NCBI GenBank assembly: GCA_044369995.1
Contig: JBILWG010000002.1
Coordinates: 1 to 52,015, forward strand
Origin: Gaiellales bacterium
GTDB lineage: Bacteria; Actinomycetota; Thermoleophilia; Gaiellales; F1-60-MAGs149
DNA: 52,015 bases
Direction of reading: 5' to 3'
Shown: in pieces, positions 17,121-26,006 of the stretch
Layout: the number at the start of each line of letters is the position of its first letter
Position numbering within the stretch: position 1 is the first letter of the stretch
Translations under genes and position numbers: made by a program
Notes under the pieces: generated by a model
Databases searched by the model: none
What the model was told of the DNA's origin: nothing
Seen by the model: the letters and a program-made list of their open reading frames with translations, nothing else

Positions 17121-17333
17121 CTGACACGATGGGCCCGGGCCCACCATGTCAGGCAAATCGACAGCCGAGGACACAGACCGGAGCGCCGCGCGGCACAGAG
17201 CGTGACGCCCCTGCAACGTTCGCGCACCCTGATGCGTCTGGTGCTGGGGATCATCTGCACGGGCGGCGCGCAGAGCCGCGCGCGCCTTGCGTGGTCTGGC
17301 CTGACACCACGGGCCCGGGCCCATCGTGTCCGG
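17121..17333. repeat. 213-bp MITE-like element bounded by two GGGCCCGGGCCC-centred palindromes (copy 2)
   Basis: Left end is CTGACACGATGGGCCCGGGCCCACCATGTCAG (17121-17152). Right end is CTGACACCACGGGCCCGGGCCCATCGTGTCCGG (17301-17333). Length and end sequences match copy 1. It abuts the stop codon at 17334-17336. Confidence 0.7.
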
Positions 17334-18461
17334 TTACGGTGCGAGGCGCGCGGCGGCTGGGATGGTGCGCGGTTCGTCGCGCAGGAGCCAGTCGCGCACG
17401 AGCGCGCCGGCGGCGGGGCCGGATTGGATGCCGCCACCGCCGAAGCCGACGGCGTCGATCACGCCCTCCGTCTCGGGCCGCCAGCCGATCGACGGCTCGA
17501 GCGAGGGGCGGCACGGGTAGAGCCCGGACCAGCCCTCGCCAAAGGACATGCCGTCGGCCAGGCCGGGGAAGCGCAGCGCGAGCTGCTCGGCGAGCTCCTC
17601 CTGCCAGTCCTGCGTGACGCCACGCGGGTAGTCGTCGGGATCGCTGTCCGGATCGAGCAGCTCCTCCGAATGCAGCCCGCAGATCAGTCGATCGCTCGCC
17701 TCGTAGCGGACGTATGCGCCGAGGCGATTGACGCCGGGGATGTAGTTCATCGTGAACGGGTGCACGTAGTCGAGCGGGGTGGCGAGATGCACCTGCGTGG
17801 CGCTGCGGCGCTGCGGCGAGACGTCGCACGACAGGCCGAGCAGCGCCGCGATCTGTGCGGCCCACGGGCCGGCGGCGTTCACGACGACATCGGCCGTGCG
17901 CGGGCCGTCACCGGTCGCGAGATGCCAGACGCCATCGCGACGCTCGGCGGCGGTGACGGCGCACCGCGTGGTGATGCGCGCGCCGGCGGCGATCGCGCGC
18001 TCGCCGAACGCCAGCGTCGCCTGGTGCGGATCGACGTAGCCATCGCTGGGGCACCAGAGCGCGCCGCGCACGTCGTCGACGCGCAGGGCGGGGGCGAGGA
18101 TGGCGAGCTCGTCGACCGCCAGCACCCGGGCGTCCTCGACGCCGAGCGAGCGCTGGTGTTCCACGCTCGCAGAAAACAGCGCGATGTCGTCGTCGGAGTA
18201 GCCGAGACGCGCGTAGCCGGAGCGCACGAAGCCGATCTCCGTCTCGGTCGTCAGCTGGTCGAAGGCGCGGCGGGCGAAGACGCGCAGGTCGATCCACAGC
18301 GGATCGGTGTACTGCGACTCGACGACGCCGACCGCCAGTCCCGACGAGCCACCTGCCAGCTGGTCGCGCTCGAGCACTTCGACCTCGACGCCGGCCGGCG
18401 CCAGCGCATCGGCGATGCAGCAGCCGACGATGCCACCCCCGATCACCACCACGCGCGTCAT
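17334..18461 (-). CDS. FAD-dependent oxidoreductase (DAO family; sarcosine/glycine/D-amino-acid oxidase-like)
   Basis: 375 aa. N-terminal dinucleotide fold VVVIGGGIVGCCIADALA...VEVLE. Confidence 0.75.
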   Translation of the reverse strand: MTRVVVIGGGIVGCCIADALAPAGVEVEVLERDQLAGGSSGLAVGVVESQYTDPLWIDLRVFARRAFDQLTTETEIGFVRSGYARLGYSDDDIALFSASVEHQRSLGVEDARVLAVDELAILAPALRVDDVRGALWCPSDGYVDPHQATLAFGERAIAAGARITTRCAVTAAERRDGVWHLATGDGPRTADVVVNAAGPWAAQIAALLGLSCDVSPQRRSATQVHLATPLDYVHPFTMNYIPGVNRLGAYVRYEASDRLICGLHSEELLDPDSDPDDYPRGVTQDWQEELAEQLALRFPGLADGMSFGEGWSGLYPCRPSLEPSIGWRPETEGVIDAVGFGGGGIQSGPAAGALVRDWLLRDEPRTIPAAARLAP

Positions 18462-18536
18462 GACGACAGGGTAGTCCGGGTATCCGTGCGGAGAATCCCG
18501 CTAACGGATTCCACCATCCTCGCGTAGGCTCAGGGC

Positions 18537-19205
18537 ATGCGCGACGCGGTGCTGTTCGACATCCATGGCAACATCGATGCCCTCGACGCCGTGCTCGCCG
18601 ACGTGGCCGCTGCCGGCTGCGATGGCCTGCTGCTCGGTGGTGATTACGCCTATCTGGGACCCGCACCGGATGACTGCGTGGATCGGCTGCGCGAGCACCC
18701 CGGCCGCGTCGTCGCGATCCGCGGCAACACGGATCGCATGATCGCCAACGGCGATGACGCGATCGCCGAGTGGGCCGCCGATCGTCTCGGCGATGAGCGC
18801 GTCAGCTGGCTGGGCGGGCTGCAGCCGGCGCGCGTGCTGCCCGAGCACGACGCGGTGATCGTCCACGCGGTGCCCGGCGACGACGAGTGGCGCCTCACGC
18901 CCGATACGCCCGACGCGCTCGCCGAGGCGCGCACCGCCGAGGTGGGGCACGCGACGATGCTGTGCGGTCACGTGCACCTGCAGTACTCGCGCAGGGTGGG
19001 AGAGGTCGAGGTCGTCAATCCCGGCTCAGTCGGCTTCCCGTTCGACGGCGAGCAGGCTGCGGCGTGGGCGGTCATCGACCAGGGGCAGATCGAGCTGCGC
19101 CGCACGACCTACGACGTCGAGCGTGCGCTCGCCCGCCTCGCGGGCCTCGCCTCGCACCCTGAGCGCGCGCTCGCGGAGCGCCGCCTCCGCACTGCCCGCG
19201 CCTGA
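18537..19205 (+). CDS. metallophosphoesterase (YfcE/MJ0936-like)
   Basis: 222 aa. Motifs FDIHGN, LLGGDY, RGNTD and CGHVH. Confidence 0.8.
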   Translation: MRDAVLFDIHGNIDALDAVLADVAAAGCDGLLLGGDYAYLGPAPDDCVDRLREHPGRVVAIRGNTDRMIANGDDAIAEWAADRLGDERVSWLGGLQPARVLPEHDAVIVHAVPGDDEWRLTPDTPDALAEARTAEVGHATMLCGHVHLQYSRRVGEVEVVNPGSVGFPFDGEQAAAWAVIDQGQIELRRTTYDVERALARLAGLASHPERALAERRLRTARA

Positions 19206-19227
19206 CTGCGTCCGGCATCATGAGGGC

Positions 19228-20118
19228 GTGATCTCGCTCCCCAGTGCCGACACGTTCACGTCCAGCGGCGTCAACTGGCTCGCGATGGCGATCGTGATCG
19301 TGCTCGCGGTGGTCGGCGCGATCGTCATTCCCCGGCTGACCGTCGCGCTGATGTCGCGTCGGCTCCGCGGCAGGCGCTCGACGGACGTCGACGAGCATCG
19401 GCGCGCGAAGCGCGCGGACACGACTGTGGCGGTTGTGCGTTCCCTGTCGCGCTACGCGGCGATCGTGGTCGGCATCCTCGCCGTCTTCACGTTCGGCTTC
19501 ACCGGTGCGGGCTCGACGGTGCTGGGCGTCTCGCTCCTCATCGCGATCGTCGGCTTCGCTGCGCAGAGCGTCCTGCGCGACGTGATCGCCGGCACGATGG
19601 TCGTGGCGGAGCGGTGGTTCGATGTGGGCGACGCGATCACGATCGAGCCGTGGGCGATGAGCGGCGTCGTCGAGGCGATCACGCTGCGCAGCGTCAAGCT
19701 GCGTGGCCTCGGCGGCGAGACGATGCGGATTCACAATCAGCACATGTACGGCGTCCGCGTGGCGCGCAACGGCATCCGGCCGATCACGCTCGAGCTGTAC
19801 GTGACCGATGCGGAGCAGGGGCGCGCACTGATCCGCCGCGTCTCCGAACTGCTGCCGTCCGGCCCGATGCACCTGCTCTCGTCTGCCTTGGAGATCGAGG
19901 AGGAGCAGGATCTCGGCTCGCTCACCCGGCTGGCGGCGAGCGGCGCGGTGCCGCCGGGGCGTGAGTGGCTGCTGGAGTCGTTCGCGATCAGCGTGCTGAA
20001 GGAGCTCGACACCGAGGGCGTGATCGCCCACGGGCCGGTCGCCTACTTCTCGGATACCGTCGCCGAGCAGCGCTTCGCCCGCAGCGTCGCGCCGTCGCTC
20101 GATATCGACAGTCGCTAG
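19228..20118 (+). CDS. small-conductance mechanosensitive channel (MscS family)
   Basis: N-terminal TM spans followed by an MscS beta-domain (FDVGDAITIEPWAMSGVVEAITLRSVKLRGLGGETMRIHN). The GTG start at 19228 is tentative; an in-frame ATG lies at 19285. Confidence 0.75.
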   Translation: MISLPSADTFTSSGVNWLAMAIVIVLAVVGAIVIPRLTVALMSRRLRGRRSTDVDEHRRAKRADTTVAVVRSLSRYAAIVVGILAVFTFGFTGAGSTVLGVSLLIAIVGFAAQSVLRDVIAGTMVVAERWFDVGDAITIEPWAMSGVVEAITLRSVKLRGLGGETMRIHNQHMYGVRVARNGIRPITLELYVTDAEQGRALIRRVSELLPSGPMHLLSSALEIEEEQDLGSLTRLAASGAVPPGREWLLESFAISVLKELDTEGVIAHGPVAYFSDTVAEQRFARSVAPSLDIDSR

Positions 20119-20753
20119 ACCGCGCCGGCGTGGGGCACGACGCGCTCCTCGAGGAGCGTGACAAGGCGCGTGCGGGGGGAGTAGCGCATCACGCACAGCT
20201 GCGCCTGCCCGTCGATGATCGCCGAACGCAGCGACGGGCATTCCGTGATCAGGCTCTGTGCCGTGACGCGGGCGTTGACGTCGATCGCGTTGTCGAAATC
20301 GGCGGCCCCGCCGGCGCGGTAGAGCCCGGCGGCCAGCGCACCGGTGAGCGGCGCCAAGGCGAGATTGGGCGGCACTCCGGTGGTGAACTCCTCGTACGCC
20401 GCGTGCACGGCTCGGCAGTCCTCGTGCGCGAGCACGATCGCCAGCCGCGTGTTGAGTGCGGTCATCGCGAAGCCGAGGGCGGACGCGACGGGAATGTCCA
20501 CGTACTGGCCGGGTAGGCGCACGGTGAAGATCGCACCCGCCGCCGCGCCGAGCACGGCAGCCGGCGGAACGCGCGCGTCGGAGCAGCCGATCACCGCGAC
20601 CGGTGGCAGGTGCTCGAGCGGATCCTCGGGCGCGCCGAGCAGGTCGCGCTCAGACGATCCTCCGGCCCAGCGACGATTGCCCTCGAGGACGCGCTCCAGC
20701 AACTCGGGTGCGGTCAGCTCCGTCATCGCAGACAGCGTACCCGTCTTGTCCAC
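20115..20753 (-). CDS. beta-class carbonic anhydrase-like protein (divergent motifs)
   Basis: CSDARVPP matches the beta-CA C-x-D-x-R zinc motif. The second motif reads AHEDCRA instead of the usual GHxxCG. Alternative start at 20726. Confidence 0.55.
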   Translation of the reverse strand: MDKTGTLSAMTELTAPELLERVLEGNRRWAGGSSERDLLGAPEDPLEHLPPVAVIGCSDARVPPAAVLGAAAGAIFTVRLPGQYVDIPVASALGFAMTALNTRLAIVLAHEDCRAVHAAYEEFTTGVPPNLALAPLTGALAAGLYRAGGAADFDNAIDVNARVTAQSLITECPSLRSAIIDGQAQLCVMRYSPRTRLVTLLEERVVPHAGAV

Positions 20754-20780
20754 CGACGCGGTGTCGGCATGGTGATTGCG

Positions 20781-21230
20781 TCAGTCGAGCCAGTCGAGGT
20801 AGACGGACTGGTCGCGACGGTCGGCGATGCCCATGTTGACGACCTGGTTCTTGATGCGCCCTTCGGTGTCGATCAGGAAGGTTCCGCGCATGCACGTGCC
20901 CCAGTCCTCGTCGAACACGCCGTAGGCCTTGGACACCTCGCCATGCGGCCAGAAGTCGGCGAGGAAGCGCCCGTTGGCCTTCAGGTGGTCCTTGTACGAC
21001 TGGCGGATCGGCCAGGCGTCGCACGCGACGTTGAGGATCTCGAGGTCGTCACGCTCGAGCTTCGACTCGTCGCGGATCTCGCAGATCTCGCCCTCGCAGA
21101 TCTCCGTGTAGGAGAAGGGGTGGAAGAACAGCAGCACGTTCTTCTTGCCGCGGTAATCGCTCAGGGTGACGCTCGTATCGAACGTCTCCTGCAGGGTGAA
21201 GTCGGGGGCGATGTCGCCGATCTCGGGCAC
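20781..21230 (-). CDS. peroxiredoxin (AhpC/TSA family, AhpE/Bcp-like)
   Basis: 149 aa. APDFTL ... KNVLLFFHPFSYTEICEGE carries the peroxidatic Cys in a thioredoxin-fold context. It starts 1 nt after the rarA stop. Confidence 0.85.
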   Translation of the reverse strand: MPEIGDIAPDFTLQETFDTSVTLSDYRGKKNVLLFFHPFSYTEICEGEICEIRDESKLERDDLEILNVACDAWPIRQSYKDHLKANGRFLADFWPHGEVSKAYGVFDEDWGTCMRGTFLIDTEGRIKNQVVNMGIADRRDQSVYLDWLD

Positions 21231-21231
21231 G

Positions 21232-22560
21232 TCAGGTCTCCTCAGGACGCGGGGGTGTGTCGGATGGTTCGCGCTGCGCGCGTAAATCGCCGAGTATCTC
21301 GCCGAGCCGCGCTTCGAAGCCCATCGCGGTGGGCTCGTAGAAGCGGAGGTGGGCGAGGTCCTCGGGCAGGTGCCGCTGGTCGGCGACGAAGCCGCCGGCG
21401 GTGTGGGGGTACTGGTAGCCGACGCCGCGGCCGAGCGCCTTGGCGCCGGAGTGCGAGCCGTCGCGCAGATGGTCGGGCGGAACCCGTGTGCCGTAGTCGC
21501 GCACGGCGGCGCGGGCCGCGTCGCCAGCGGCGTAGGCGGCGTTCGACTTCGGCGCGAGCGCGAGGTACGTGACGCACTGGGCGAGCGGGATGCGTCCCTC
21601 GGGCATGCCGATCTCCTGGATCGCCTGGGCGGTCGAGACGGCGAGGGGGAGGGCGCGCGGGTCCGCGTTGCCGACGTCCTCGCTCGCGAAGACGATCAGG
21701 CGACGCGCCACGTAGCGGGGATCCTCGCCGCCCTCGAGCATCGTGTGCAGCCACCACAGCGCCGCGTCCGGGTCGGAGCCGCGCATGCTCTTGATGAAGG
21801 CGGAGATCGCGTCGTAGTGGAGGTCGCCCTCGCGGTCGTAGCGGATCGGGATGCGCCCGACCTGCGCGACGAGGTCCTCCGTGATCACGGTCGCGTCGGT
21901 TTCGCGGGCGGCCGCTGCAGCCTCGAGCAGTGCGAGCGTGGCACGCCCGTCGCCACCGGCGGCGCGTGCGATCGCGGCGCGGGCCTCGTCGTCGACCGTC
22001 ACGCCGAGCGCCTCGGCGCCGCGGTCGATCATGCGACCCAGATCCTCGGGCTGCAGCGCCACCAACTCGTACAGGGTGCAGCGCGAGAGCAGGGCGGAGA
22101 TGACGCCGACGTGCGGGCTCTCCGTGGTCGCGCCGATCAGGATGATCAGCCCCGACTCGACCAGCGGCAGCAGGCTGTCCTGCTGGGCCTTCGTGAAGCG
22201 GTGGATCTCGTCGAGGAAGAGGATCGTGCGGCGCCCGTCGCCGGCGAGGCGGTCGCGGGCCCGCTCGGTGACCGCGCGGACATCGGCCTTGCCGGCGTCG
22301 ACGGCCGACAGCTCCTCGAAGGACGCGCCCGTGCGCTGCGCGACGATGCGTGCGATCGTCGTCTTGCCGGTGCCGGGCGGTCCGAACAGGATCATCGAGC
22401 CGATCCGATCCTCCTCGATCGCACGGCGCAACGGGCGACCGGTGCCGATCAGCGCCTCCTGGCCGACCATCAGCTCGAGGTCGTCGGGGCGCAGCCGCTC
22501 GGGCAGCGGTGCGACCGCGCGGCGGCGATCGTCGGCGGCGGTCGAGAAGAGGTCGCTCAC
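21232..22560 (-). CDS. rarA: replication-associated recombination protein A (AAA+ ATPase RarA/MgsA)
   Basis: Walker A (LFGPPGTGKTT), Walker B (ILFLDEIHR) and a MgsA C-terminal domain (HYDAISAFIKSMRGSDPDAALWW). A GTG start at 22560 is inferred; the upstream part of the track ORF is low-complexity. Confidence 0.85.
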   Translation of the reverse strand: MSDLFSTAADDRRRAVAPLPERLRPDDLELMVGQEALIGTGRPLRRAIEEDRIGSMILFGPPGTGKTTIARIVAQRTGASFEELSAVDAGKADVRAVTERARDRLAGDGRRTILFLDEIHRFTKAQQDSLLPLVESGLIILIGATTESPHVGVISALLSRCTLYELVALQPEDLGRMIDRGAEALGVTVDDEARAAIARAAGGDGRATLALLEAAAAARETDATVITEDLVAQVGRIPIRYDREGDLHYDAISAFIKSMRGSDPDAALWWLHTMLEGGEDPRYVARRLIVFASEDVGNADPRALPLAVSTAQAIQEIGMPEGRIPLAQCVTYLALAPKSNAAYAAGDAARAAVRDYGTRVPPDHLRDGSHSGAKALGRGVGYQYPHTAGGFVADQRHLPEDLAHLRFYEPTAMGFEARLGEILGDLRAQREPSDTPPRPEET

Positions 22561-22626
22561 GCTCTGCAGCCTAGTCGGCGCGGCGTCCCCGCCACCGGGC
22601 GCACGCCTCGGGTAGGCTGCGGGGCA

Positions 22627-22908
22627 ATGAGCGATATGCAGGCGATGTGGCTCGGCCTCGGTGCGGCGATGATCATTCCGTTCGCCATCCTCGGAGCCGC
22701 ACTGCGACCCTTCTGGCTGCCGCTCGGGTTCGCCGTGGTCGGCTCGCTGATCTGGATCCCCGGGCTCGGCATCAGCGCCTGGCTGGCGGGATCGATCGGC
22801 TCGATCATCGGCTGCTTCGTCGGCATTCCCGTCCGCCGCGGCATGCTCGCGTTCCGCGCGCGCCGCGTCGCCCACCGCACCCAGGCTTCCCCCGGAGGAC
22901 CCTCGTGA
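22627..22908 (+). CDS. small hydrophobic membrane protein, translationally coupled to tkt
   Basis: 93 aa with about three hydrophobic spans (WLGLGAAMIIPFAILGAAL..., GFAVVGSLIWIPGLGISAWLAGSIGSIIGCFVG). Its TGA overlaps the tkt GTG (GTGA). Confidence 0.5.
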   Translation: MSDMQAMWLGLGAAMIIPFAILGAALRPFWLPLGFAVVGSLIWIPGLGISAWLAGSIGSIIGCFVGIPVRRGMLAFRARRVAHRTQASPGGPS

Positions 22909-24896
22909 CCGATCTCGTCGACCGTTCGATCACTACCATCCGCACGCTCGCGATGGATGGCGTGCAGAAGGCGAACTCGGGCCACCCAGGTACTGCGATG
23001 GCGCTCGCGCCGATCGCATACCTCTACTTCAACGAGTACATGCAGTACGACCCGCAGGAGCCGCACTGGGCCGGCCGCGATCGCTTCGTGCTCTCGCCGG
23101 GCCACGCCTGCATGCTGCAGTACGCGACGCTCCACCTGACGGGCTACGACGTCTCGCTCGAGGATCTCAAGCAGTTCCGGCAGTGGGGCTCCCTGACGCC
23201 GGGCCATCCCGAGCTCGGGCACACGCCGGGCATCGAGGTGACGACCGGGCCGCTGGGTCAGGGCGTCGGCAACATCGTCGGCTTCGCGCTCGCCGAGCGC
23301 ATGCTCGCCGCGCGCTACAACCGCCCGGGCCACGAGATCGTCGATCACCGCGTCTTCGGCATCTGCTCCGACGGCGACCTGATGGAGGGCGTGGCGCAGG
23401 AGGCTGCGTCGCTCGGCGGTCATCTCGGCCTCGGCAAGATCACGATGATCTACGACGACAACCGGATCACGATCGAGGGCGACACGGGGCTGGCATTCAC
23501 GGAGGACATCCCGCAGCGCTTCGAGGCGCTCGGCTGGCACGCGCAGCGTCTTGAGGATGGCTGGACGCTCGACGACGTCCGCGCCGCGATCAACGCCGCG
23601 GAGCAGGATGCGCGCCCGTCGATCATCGTGCTGCGCACGCATATCGCCCCCGGCGCTCCGAACAAGCAGGACACCGCCGAGGCGCACGGCGCTCCGCTCG
23701 GCGACGAGGAGATCCGGCTGACGAAGGCCAACTACGGCTGGCCGGAGAACGAGCAGTTCCTGGTGCCCGACGACGTCGCCGCGCACATGGACCACACGGC
23801 GCGTGGCGTTGCTGCGCGCGAGGCCTGGGAGGCCAAGTTCGAGGCCTACCGCGCCGCGCATCCCGAGCTGGCCGCCGAGCTCGAGCGCGTGCTCGCCGGC
23901 GAGCTGCCCGAGGGCTGGGATGCGCACCTGCCCGTGTTCGAGGCCGATCCGAAGGGGCTCGCGACGCGCTCGTCGAGCGGCAAGGTGATCCAGGGTCTCG
24001 CTGCCGGCATCCCCGAGTTCGTCGGCGGGTCTGCCGACCTCGCGCCGTCGAACAACACGCACATCAACGACGGGCTGAGCGTCTCGGAGCGCGACTTCTC
24101 CGGTCGCAACCTGCACTTCGGCATCCGCGAGCACGGCATGGGCGCCATCCTCAACGCGATGAACGTGCACGGCGGCCTGCGGGTCTTCGGCGCGACGTTC
24201 CTCGTGTTCTCGGATTACATGCGCGGCGCCGTGCGCGTTGCGGCGCTGTCGAAGACGCCGGTCACGTACGTCTGGACGCACGACTCGATCTGGGTCGGCG
24301 AGGACGGTCCGACCCACCAGCCGATCGAGCACGTGATGTCCCTGCGGCTGATCCCGAACCTGATGGTGATCCGCCCGGGCGATGCCAACGAGGTGCGCGA
24401 GGCGTGGAAGGTGGCGATGCTGAATCGCACCGGCCCGACCGCGCTGATCCTGACGCGCCAGAACCTGCCGACGGTCGATCGCGCCGTCTTCGCTCCCGCG
24501 GAGGGCCTGCACAAGGGCGCCTACGTCCTGATCGACGCCGACGGCGGCACGCCCGACACGATCCTGATCGCGACCGGCTCCGAGGTGCACGACGCCGTGG
24601 CGGCGCGCGAGACCCTGCAGGCCGAGGGGCTCAAGGTGCGTGTCGTGTCGATGCCGTGCTGGGAGCTGTTCGAGCAGCAGGACGACGCCTACCGGGAGTC
24701 CGTGCTGCCGAAGGCGGTCACACGTCGCGTCAGCTTCGAGGCCGGCACGACGCACGGCTGGGAGCGCTGGGTCGGCGACGCGGGCATCAGCGTCGGCATC
24801 GATCACTACGGCGCCTCGGCGCCCGGCGGCACGGTCGCGAAGGAGCTGGGCCTGACCGCCGACGCCGTCGTCGCCGCTGTCCGCGCGCTGGGCTGA
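22905..24896 (+). CDS. tkt: transketolase
   Basis: 663 aa from the GTG at 22905, with GGAGGA at 22894-22899. Motifs [21 protein letters not shown] and [16 protein letters not shown]. Confidence 0.95.
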   Translation: MTDLVDRSITTIRTLAMDGVQKANSGHPGTAMALAPIAYLYFNEYMQYDPQEPHWAGRDRFVLSPGHACMLQYATLHLTGYDVSLEDLKQFRQWGSLTPGHPELGHTPGIEVTTGPLGQGVGNIVGFALAERMLAARYNRPGHEIVDHRVFGICSDGDLMEGVAQEAASLGGHLGLGKITMIYDDNRITIEGDTGLAFTEDIPQRFEALGWHAQRLEDGWTLDDVRAAINAAEQDARPSIIVLRTHIAPGAPNKQDTAEAHGAPLGDEEIRLTKANYGWPENEQFLVPDDVAAHMDHTARGVAAREAWEAKFEAYRAAHPELAAELERVLAGELPEGWDAHLPVFEADPKGLATRSSSGKVIQGLAAGIPEFVGGSADLAPSNNTHINDGLSVSERDFSGRNLHFGIREHGMGAILNAMNVHGGLRVFGATFLVFSDYMRGAVRVAALSKTPVTYVWTHDSIWVGEDGPTHQPIEHVMSLRLIPNLMVIRPGDANEVREAWKVAMLNRTGPTALILTRQNLPTVDRAVFAPAEGLHKGAYVLIDADGGTPDTILIATGSEVHDAVAARETLQAEGLKVRVVSMPCWELFEQQDDAYRESVLPKAVTRRVSFEAGTTHGWERWVGDAGISVGIDHYGASAPGGTVAKELGLTADAVVAAVRALG

Positions 24897-24949
24897 CGCT
24901 CCGGCGCTTCTTGTGCCACCATACCCCCAGAACTTCGGAGGAACCTTCC

Positions 24950-25246
24950 ATGGCCGACCACGCTGAACACCACCACGCCGCTCCGGCAAAGCCGAATGCG
25001 ACCACGGCGATGGGCTTCGCGCTCTTCGCCGGCATGGTCACGATCATCGTGGCGCTGGTCGGTGCCATCCGCGACTCGTCCACGATCCTGACGATCGGCG
25101 CCCTCACCGGTGCGTTGGCGATCGTGCTGGCGATCCTCGCAGCCCTGATCGCCAAGAAGAAGGGCGCGACGACCCGGGGCTTCCTCGTCTCGGTGATGCT
25201 CGGCGCCAGCGGCATCATCATGTGGGCGCTCGTCAACAACGTCTAG
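24950..25246 (+). CDS. small membrane protein with a His-rich N-terminus
   Basis: 98 aa. GGAGGA at 24937-24942. N-terminus MADHAEHHHAAP is followed by about three hydrophobic spans. Confidence 0.55.
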   Translation: MADHAEHHHAAPAKPNATTAMGFALFAGMVTIIVALVGAIRDSSTILTIGALTGALAIVLAILAALIAKKKGATTRGFLVSVMLGASGIIMWALVNNV

Positions 25247-25282
25247 CGCTGCGCGGCGCCCCGTGAGGGGTGCGCGGCAGAC

Positions 25283-25957
25283 CTAGGCGCGGACGCTGAT
25301 CTCGCTCGCCGTGGCGAGTGCGAGCGTGCAGGGCTCACCGGCCGCGCGGAGCGTGATCACCCCGGCGAGCTCGTCGACCGCATCGACGCGGACGGTCGCC
25401 CCCGGGGTCAGGCCGCGCTCGGCGAGGTACTGCAGGAGGCGCGGGTCGCGGTCGGAGACCCGCAGGATCTCCACGTCCGCGCCGGGGGGTGCGTCGGTGA
25501 GTCGCCGCCACGGGTCGGACGGCACGGTGCCATCCCGGGCGGGAATCGGGTCGCCGTGCGGATCGCGGTCGGGGTGGTCGAGGGCCGCCGCGATGCGGTC
25601 CTCGAGCACCTCCGAGATGACGTGCTCGAGCCGGTCGGCCTCCGCGTGCACGTCCTCCCAGGACATCCCGAGCTGCTCGACGAGATAGAGCTCGAGCAGG
25701 CGGTGATGGCGCAGCACCTCGAGCGCCACCTGCTCGCCCTTCGGCGTCAGGACGACGCCGCGGTACGGCTCATGTTCGACGAGCCGGTACTGGTCGAGCT
25801 TCTTGATCATCCCGGTGACCGAGGCGGTCGAGATCTCGAGACGATCGCTGATGGCCTGCGTCTGGACCGCGCCGCCGCCGTTCTCCTCGGCGATCTGGTG
25901 GATCGCCTTGAGGTAATCCTCCATGGCCGAGCTGATGGCCGGTGTGCGTGCGGTCAT
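25283..25957 (-). CDS. DtxR/IdeR/MntR-family metal-dependent transcriptional regulator with a C-terminal FeoA/SH3-like domain
   Basis: 224 aa from the ATG at 25957. MEDYLKAIHQI ... ISTASVTGMIKKL ... RHHRLLELYL ... DPHGDPIP. Confidence 0.85.
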   Translation of the reverse strand: MTARTPAISSAMEDYLKAIHQIAEENGGGAVQTQAISDRLEISTASVTGMIKKLDQYRLVEHEPYRGVVLTPKGEQVALEVLRHHRLLELYLVEQLGMSWEDVHAEADRLEHVISEVLEDRIAAALDHPDRDPHGDPIPARDGTVPSDPWRRLTDAPPGADVEILRVSDRDPRLLQYLAERGLTPGATVRVDAVDELAGVITLRAAGEPCTLALATASEISVRA

Positions 25958-26006
25958 GGGGTGAAGCCTACCCGTGGGGGGTGAGGCGTGGGCACCGCAG
26001 GCCCGC

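Noticed and set aside
14327-17437. 1036-aa minus-strand ORF spanning the IclR, MttB and GntR genes and the repeat element
   Set aside because: It crosses several independently supported genes and an intergenic repeat. The translation is Arg/Ala-rich with no domain signatures. GC artefact.
18493-18511. Small hairpin GAATCC-N7-GGATTC in the oxidase / phosphoesterase divergent region
   Set aside because: It has only a 6-bp stem with no repeat partner or flanking conservation visible. It is too weak to call.
22557-24989. 810-aa minus-strand ORF antisense to transketolase
   Set aside because: tkt on the plus strand has unmistakable family motifs. The antisense product is low-complexity and Arg/Ala/Asp/Val-rich.
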